Part shown: piece by piece, positions 58,847 to 64,000 of the stretch
How the letters are laid out: each line of letters opens with the position of its first letter
Numbering within the stretch: the first letter of the stretch is position 1
NCBI GenBank assembly: GCA_037443035.1
Contig: JBBIPC010000012.1
Span: forward strand, 1-64,000
Direction: 5' to 3'
From: Chthonomonadales bacterium
GTDB taxonomy: Bacteria > Armatimonadota > Chthonomonadetes > Chthonomonadales > CAJBBX01
DNA: 64,000 bases
Notes under the pieces: generated by a model
The model's input: the letters and a program-made list of their open reading frames with translations, nothing else
The model's database searches: none
Told to the model about the DNA's origin: nothing
Translations under genes and position numbers: made by a program

Positions 58847-60121
58847 GTGGAGGTGGACTACGCCATCCTCCGGCAGGGGTGCCTACGCCTGATTGCCGGC
58901 GCAACCATCCTCGGTCTGACGTGCATAGGGTTTGCTGCTCCGTTGCCAGACGATGTCGTGGAGCTGTACGTTCGCGCCTCGAGAGGCGTCAATCTTCGCG
59001 GCAAGGTCCTGACCGTACACCCTACACCCAATGCAGTCCGAACCACAACCCGGCGCGTCGTAAGACGAAGCGACGGCAGGAGCCTCACCGTGTTCGAGGC
59101 GCCGGCATCGCAAAGAGGTGTGATCCTTGCCGATGATGGTGTCTGGACCTGCCGTTACGACCCAGCCGAGCACATCGTTCGGCGCAAGCGCTCCCTGGAG
59201 TTGCTCGATCGCGACGCCGACCGCCGATTGACGCGCCTCATTCTACGTAACTATGTACCCCGGCTCGAGGGAATGGAGACGATTGCGGGACGCGCTTGCT
59301 ACCGCTTGTGCCTCGAACCCCGATCTCGCTCCGGCCTGACGATCCGGCTGTGGGTGGACAAAACCACCGGTGCGGAGCTGCGGCGCGATGAGTTGGACGC
59401 CTGCGGGAGTACTGTCTGTATGACGCTCTACATGTCCGTCTCTTTTCCCGCCAGCATCAGTCTGGCCGAGGTGACCCCTCGGTATCCCCGCAAGGCGCGT
59501 GTCGTCACGCTGAGTCGTTCCGCCGTGCATGTCGACATAGCTCAACTAAGCAAGGCCGCTGGCTTTCCTGTACGTGCCCCACTCATGACACCGGCGGGCT
59601 TCGAGTTCGTCGCGGGCACGGCAGCCACTGTGGCAGGTCGGCCGTCGGCGTTCCTACGCTATACCGACGGTCTCTCGGACCTCACTGTCATCGAAACGCG
59701 AAGGTCTAACCGTGGCAACCTTCCCTCGCGTGCGGCCCGTGTCCTCGCTAGGCCTTATGGGGAGACGGAAGTGGATTACGTCCTGGACGATCTCCAGGTT
59801 GTTGTTGTAGGACGCGGCGATCCCCGCGAGCTGCTGGCAACAGCCGAGACCATGGACGGCAATCTCGAACGGCGATGGCGGCAGGACGTCGAGCGTGTCT
59901 TCAACGGCCGATCACAGGCCGTGGGAACCATGCGCAACAGGGGCCTAACAGGCGACGTCGTCGTTGCCCTGTTATCCGTATCTGCGCAGGCCGGGAAGCC
60001 CCCGCAGACCGCCGTTGATTCCTACCTTCAAGGGTCATGCTGGCGAGATCTCGCCAGAAGGTGGCGCGTGCCGGAGACGACTGTGTTGCGCCAGATCCAG
60101 ACGCTCTGCGGATCGCGGTAG
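58847..60121 (+). CDS. RseB/MucB-like (LolA-fold) sigma-E regulatory protein
   Basis: LILRNY...ETIAGRACY...RLWVDKTTG..LR; P...PAGF; LRYTDGL; follows sigma and anti-sigma genes. Confidence 0.8.
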   Translation: MEVDYAILRQGCLRLIAGATILGLTCIGFAAPLPDDVVELYVRASRGVNLRGKVLTVHPTPNAVRTTTRRVVRRSDGRSLTVFEAPASQRGVILADDGVWTCRYDPAEHIVRRKRSLELLDRDADRRLTRLILRNYVPRLEGMETIAGRACYRLCLEPRSRSGLTIRLWVDKTTGAELRRDELDACGSTVCMTLYMSVSFPASISLAEVTPRYPRKARVVTLSRSAVHVDIAQLSKAAGFPVRAPLMTPAGFEFVAGTAATVAGRPSAFLRYTDGLSDLTVIETRRSNRGNLPSRAARVLARPYGETEVDYVLDDLQVVVVGRGDPRELLATAETMDGNLERRWRQDVERVFNGRSQAVGTMRNRGLTGDVVVALLSVSAQAGKPPQTAVDSYLQGSCWRDLARRWRVPETTVLRQIQTLCGSR

Positions 60122-60317
60122 CATCGCGTCTCGGCTCGAAGCGGCATTCCACCACCCCAGACGTCTGACATCTCCGCGACCCGACGGCCTGTGCTCCCCA
60201 CACCGCGCTAACTCAGCGGCCCAGTGCTAGCTACGTCCCCATGCGCTTTCCTCCAACTTCCGACCTGTCCGATCCATGCGTCAGACAAGAATCTTTGTCG
60301 AATGTAGGAGAAACTAC

Positions 60318-60347
60318 TTGCAACTGTAGGACGTACGGTGTTATAAT
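60318..60347 (+). promoter_or_regulatory. Sigma70-like promoter with extended -10
   Basis: TTGCAA, 18 nt, TATAAT with TG at the extended -10 position. Confidence 0.65.
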
Positions 60348-60427
60348 GCCTAGGTTCGCAGGCAGCGAGCAGATCATACAGCAAGCCTCTATCACACGTC
60401 CGTGGCCTATGCCACATTAGGAGAACA

Positions 60428-61633
60428 ATGCCAATGAGAACCCTGCTTCGAGGGACCGTCGCCGCTGTGGCTGTGCTGGTCCTCTCCGTCAGCACCTTCG
60501 CCCAGACGTACTACAACACCATCGAGAAACCCCTATACGCCGGTCAGAGCATTCTCATCGGCAAGCTCGTTGTCCAGCAGCTCAAGGAGAACGGCCAGAA
60601 GTACTTCGTCATCACCTACGACACTACCAGCGCACCTGCAGGATATGATGGCTACGTGCCGGGTTGGACCATGCAGACAACCCACCTGTACGTCGGTACG
60701 GCGCCCCCAAAGAAGTCCGCGCCCGGCCGCTTCCCGTTCAAGCATGAGGGGCTGGACAACGTTACGGTAGATACGTACAAGATTCCCTACAGTCAGTTCT
60801 TCGGCACGCAATGCAGCGGTAGCAAGAAGCTCTACATCGCTGCTCATGCCGATACGTGCGAAGCAGGCGAGTGCGTGCCGGACTTCGCCAGCTTGGCGGC
60901 AAGTCTGGCCGCCGCTAACGGCTCGACCGCTAGCCTCGATCAGAATACACCCGCGGCGTTCGCCGAGCTACTCTCCAGCGTGTTCGGTCCGATCCTCGCA
61001 TGGTGCGTTCAGGAAGATGCACCCCTCTACATAACGAACTACACAACCCAGTTCCTGCTAACGTACAACGCCGACGGAACGTCGAATACCGCCGCCCTAG
61101 CGTGGATGGGTACCGGCGCACAGGCCATGGGCGTCACGGCCATCAACTACCTGAACTTCCTGATCAACCAGCCGTACGTGGTCAATTGCGGAAGCGGGGT
61201 ACCATTCCATTTCGGCGTAATCCCGAATGTCGCGTTCGATCAGGGTGGTCCTCCCACGGACTACGGCGATCTGGTCATCACGAAGGACGATATTCAGGTT
61301 GCCATCTGGCACATCACGAACAATACGCCTCTGGACGAGTATGGGAATCCGGGCAATGGCTCAGGCATGTACGCTCCCGCATTCCATGTTCAGGCTATCG
61401 TGGCGCACGTCGCCGCCAACGGAGCGAACTTCGTGCCAGGCTGTGGTGACTACGTTCTGGCGCTAGTCGATCCGACGTACGCGCCGAAGCCGACGCTTGT
61501 TATCCAGAACTTGGGCTTCGCACTGCCACTCTCCGGCACGACTGGCACAGGCAACTGTGAGACGGCGTGGGCCAAGGGAACCACCCGGTTCTGCACAGGC
61601 TGGGGATCCTACTTCGTGTACAATGTCAAGTAG
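60428..61633 (+). CDS. Secreted protein with putative inserted thioester (TED/TQXA-like) domain
   Basis: AGGAG RBS and signal peptide. Outer domain LYAGQ..HLYVG..PGRFP..IAAHA / ETAW..G..F..WG.YF; inner segment carries WCVQ and IQVAIW. Confidence 0.75.
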   Translation: MPMRTLLRGTVAAVAVLVLSVSTFAQTYYNTIEKPLYAGQSILIGKLVVQQLKENGQKYFVITYDTTSAPAGYDGYVPGWTMQTTHLYVGTAPPKKSAPGRFPFKHEGLDNVTVDTYKIPYSQFFGTQCSGSKKLYIAAHADTCEAGECVPDFASLAASLAAANGSTASLDQNTPAAFAELLSSVFGPILAWCVQEDAPLYITNYTTQFLLTYNADGTSNTAALAWMGTGAQAMGVTAINYLNFLINQPYVVNCGSGVPFHFGVIPNVAFDQGGPPTDYGDLVITKDDIQVAIWHITNNTPLDEYGNPGNGSGMYAPAFHVQAIVAHVAANGANFVPGCGDYVLALVDPTYAPKPTLVIQNLGFALPLSGTTGTGNCETAWAKGTTRFCTGWGSYFVYNVK

Positions 61634-61659
61634 CTGTCATACACCCGGAGGTGATCGCA

Positions 61660-61800
61660 ATGTCCAATGACGGCAAGAGGACTCCATACCAGCGGCCCCA
61701 AGCACGTCTCGTGATGGTCAGACCTGAGGAGCGCCTCATGAGCTGCAAGAAGACGTCGACAGACGCGCCGCCGTGCGCGAGCCCTCAGGAACTGAGCTAG
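61660..61800 (+). CDS. Putative RiPP precursor peptide A (46 aa)
   Basis: GGAGGTG RBS; MSNDGKRTPYQRPQARLVMVRPEERLMSCKKTSTDAPPCASPQELS; paralogous to 61968-62108. Confidence 0.85.
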   Translation: MSNDGKRTPYQRPQARLVMVRPEERLMSCKKTSTDAPPCASPQELS

Positions 61801-61830
61801 GGGTTTCTGCGTATCCGAATACACTACGTG

Positions 61831-61868
61831 CCATCCCCGCGGTAGGAGAGATCCTACTGCGGGGGTGG
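61831..61868 (+). terminator. 17-bp GNRA-capped hairpin between the two peptide genes (terminator or stabiliser)
   Basis: CCATCCCCGCGGTAGGA-GAGA-TCCTACTGCGGGGGTGG (two G-U pairs) followed by TTGTTGGTTGT. Confidence 0.65.
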
Positions 61869-61967
61869 TTGTTGGTTGTGCGTGGGGGAAGGAGGCACGA
61901 GGATTCGTCAGCGGTCCCAAAGGGCAGTCCTCAATAGGCAACTACCTTCTATTAGGAGGCGAGCGCA

Positions 61968-62108
61968 ATGATGAGTACAGGTAACAGGCTTCCGTATCAG
62001 CGTCCACAAGCTCGTCTCGTGAAGCTCAAGCCTGACGAACGCCTCATGGCGTGTGGAAAGCACCCCGCTGGGGGCGGGGCTTGCGTAGGTAAACCTCACT
62101 ATAGCTAG
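61968..62108 (+). CDS. Putative RiPP precursor peptide B (46 aa; below the ORF-track cutoff)
   Basis: AGGAGG RBS; translated by hand as MMSTGNRLPYQRPQARLVKLKPDERLMACGKHPAGGGACVGKPHYS. Confidence 0.85.
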   Translation: MMSTGNRLPYQRPQARLVKLKPDERLMACGKHPAGGGACVGKPHYS

Positions 62109-62247
62109 TTGGTGCGGGGCCGCGAGACGTACTGGCCTTTCCCCTCCGAGAGCGACGCAGATCGGCGACTTGGCGGTTAGTTCAGTTCAGCCGGCGCTGG
62201 ATATGCGTCGTTGATCCAGACTTGCGGTTCAGCCTTCCGAGCCAACG

Positions 62248-63840
62248 CTACGTCGCGGTTGTTTCTCCCGTGTCTGTTTCTGACGGCTGGCTGTCCTGGT
62301 CGCTTCCCATACCCGGAACGCGGCGGACGAGGTCCTGGAGCTTGATGCCGGTCATGGCTTCGAGTACGGGTGGTACCTGCGCCATGATGCCCGTCACCTC
62401 GGAGGTTATCTTGCTGGCGCCCACTCCGTCTCCGCCGCTGTTGATCATGACGATCTTGTCCACCTTTGCCAGTGGCGCAGCGATCGCCTGGGCGATCTCC
62501 GGCAGACGCTCGATGATCATCTGCGCCACCGCCGCCTCGTTGTAGGCTTTGAACGCTTCGGCCCGCTTCATCATCGCCTCTGCCTCGGCGAGACCCTTGG
62601 CGCGAACGGCTTCGGCCTCGGCAAGACCGCGTGCCTCGATGCCAGCAGCCTCCGCCAGCGCCTTGGCTTTGGCCACCTCAGCGTCGGCCAGGCCACGCAT
62701 CTTATTGGCCTCAGCCTCGGCCTCGCCAGTCTTCTGCACGACGTCAGCCTGTGCGAACCCGGTCATCTTGGCGGCCTCGGCCTGGCCGCTCGCTGTTGTC
62801 CGGAGGCGGTACTGCTCGGCTTCCGCGATGGTCTGAATGCGGTTCCGCTCAGCCTCGGCGGGCTTCTGCACCGTCGCGATGAGTTCTTTCTCCTTGCGCA
62901 GGATTTCCTGCTGTTCCAGCTCGGTCTGTTTCAGTTTCTCGACGATCTGGACCTGGACTTCTTGCTCCTTCACCTTCTGAGCAGTGGTGAACTTCTGCAG
63001 ATCGTAGGCCAGATCCGACTCGGCCTTCTTCTGGTTCACGGCCGCGGCGTATTCCGCTAGTTTGAGCTTGTAGTCGCGGTCCGCTTCCGCGATCTTTGTA
63101 TCGGCCAGATACTTCGCTGTGGATGCCTCCTGGGCCGCCTCGGCAGCTCGTATGGTGGCATCGCGGTTGGCCTCGGCCTCACCGATCTGCGCGTCTCTCT
63201 TCACCTGGGCGATTCGCGTCTTGCCAATGGCCTCCAGGTAGCCGCGGCTGTCGCTGATCTCCCGGATGGTGAAACTCACGACTTCGAGGCCCATGTTCGC
63301 CAGGTCACCGGCGGAGACTTCCGCCACGCGCTGCGCGAAGGCCTCATGGGCCGCGTAGACCTCCTCCACGGTCAATGTGCCCAGAATCGCGCGCAGATGC
63401 CCGGCTACCGTCTGGTAGGCGATCTGCTTGATCTCTTCCCGACTCTTGTTCAGGAACTGCTCAGCCGCGGTGCGGATAGAGACTTCGTCACCCTTGACCT
63501 TGATCTGCGCTACGCCATCCACTTTGATGGGCACACCCAGCTTCGTATACATTTCCGGCGTTACGATGTCCAGGGTGATTAGCTCCAGGGACATGACTTC
63601 GACCCGCTCCAGTACCGGATTGATGAGCGAGCCGCCGCCCTTCACGATGCGGAAGCCCAGGCGTCGGCGAGTACCATCCTCTTCGACTACTGTCTCGCCA
63701 CGGCCGCCAGAGATGACGAGGACTTCATTGGGCCCAACCTTGCGATACAGCTTGCTGTAGATCAGAACGATGACGACGCCGAGACCAACCACCGCGGCGG
63801 CAATCGAGCCCAGATAGGTAAGCAATCCCGATTCCAACAT
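62248..63840 (-). CDS. Flotillin-like SPFH domain protein
   Basis: N-terminal TM, YRKVGPNEVLVISG, GHLRAILG, GLEVVSFTI and AEA repeats. Confidence 0.93.
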   Translation of the reverse strand: MLESGLLTYLGSIAAAVVGLGVVIVLIYSKLYRKVGPNEVLVISGGRGETVVEEDGTRRRLGFRIVKGGGSLINPVLERVEVMSLELITLDIVTPEMYTKLGVPIKVDGVAQIKVKGDEVSIRTAAEQFLNKSREEIKQIAYQTVAGHLRAILGTLTVEEVYAAHEAFAQRVAEVSAGDLANMGLEVVSFTIREISDSRGYLEAIGKTRIAQVKRDAQIGEAEANRDATIRAAEAAQEASTAKYLADTKIAEADRDYKLKLAEYAAAVNQKKAESDLAYDLQKFTTAQKVKEQEVQVQIVEKLKQTELEQQEILRKEKELIATVQKPAEAERNRIQTIAEAEQYRLRTTASGQAEAAKMTGFAQADVVQKTGEAEAEANKMRGLADAEVAKAKALAEAAGIEARGLAEAEAVRAKGLAEAEAMMKRAEAFKAYNEAAVAQMIIERLPEIAQAIAAPLAKVDKIVMINSGGDGVGASKITSEVTGIMAQVPPVLEAMTGIKLQDLVRRVPGMGSDQDSQPSETDTGETTAT

Positions 63841-63863
63841 GTGTCCGTTCCTCCAGTGTTCCG

Positions 63864-64000
63864 TCAGAGCGTGTTTCGTTGAGAAGTTGCAGGCGGCCCC
63901 TGACGCGAGCTCGAGAAGGCATCTACTCGCGAGACGATCACCGCGTCCCGTGAAGCATGGCGTATCCGCACCGCGCTGCCCACGGGTATTGCCATCCCAT
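63864..64000 (-). CDS. NfeD-like protein, C-terminal end (partial)
   Basis: The minus frame reads GMAIPVGSAVRIRHASRDAVIVSRV..., resembling the NfeD OB-fold end; lies directly upstream of flotillin. Confidence 0.65.
   Translation of the reverse strand, partial: GMAIPVGSAVRIRHASRDAVIVSRVDAFSSSRQGPPATSQRNTL

Noticed and set aside
61660..62108. Lasso peptide interpretation of the two peptides
   Set aside because: YxxP is present, but there is no penultimate leader Thr, core B lacks Asp/Glu for a macrolactam, and no lasso cyclase or peptidase gene is nearby.
61870..62240. tmRNA or other ncRNA in the apparent intergenic gap
   Set aside because: No tRNA-like ends; the region is explained by the second peptide gene.

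Overview
This is a GC-rich bacterial chromosomal segment. The gene content (prepilin/DUF1559-type protein, DUF6785-like membrane proteins, GxGYxYP and DUF5722-like proteins) suggests Armatimonadota, which is inference only. It holds a surface-polysaccharide operon (sugar transferase, wzc, wza, GT4, heptose kinase, wzm, wzt), housekeeping genes (folK, fba, smpB, fabI, murF, ddl, recA, serS, tRNA-Phe, tRNA-Thr), a yybP-ykoY Mn2+ riboswitch ahead of terC, two ABC exporter operons, a LacI/pilin-like sugar-utilisation locus, an ECF sigma/anti-sigma/RseB-like operon and flotillin/NfeD. Four observations stand out. (1) Two tandem 46-aa ORFs (61660-61800 and 61968-62108; the second is absent from the ORF track) share a YxxP-type leader and have divergent C-x9-C-x6-S cores. 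They look like an undescribed RiPP precursor family and lie behind a secreted protein with a putative thioester domain. (2) A four-helix-bundle gene between wzm and wzt is bracketed by inverted heptamer arrays that could loop it out of the mRNA, and it carries an in-frame TAG. (3) A LacI-controlled locus combines a pilin-like protein, a DUF6785-like membrane protein and hydrolases, and may be a non-canonical uptake system. (4) A MacAB-like operon lacks an ATPase gene but contains a SHOCT-like/ACP-like protein without the carrier Ser. All family assignments come from motif recognition by eye; no searches were run.
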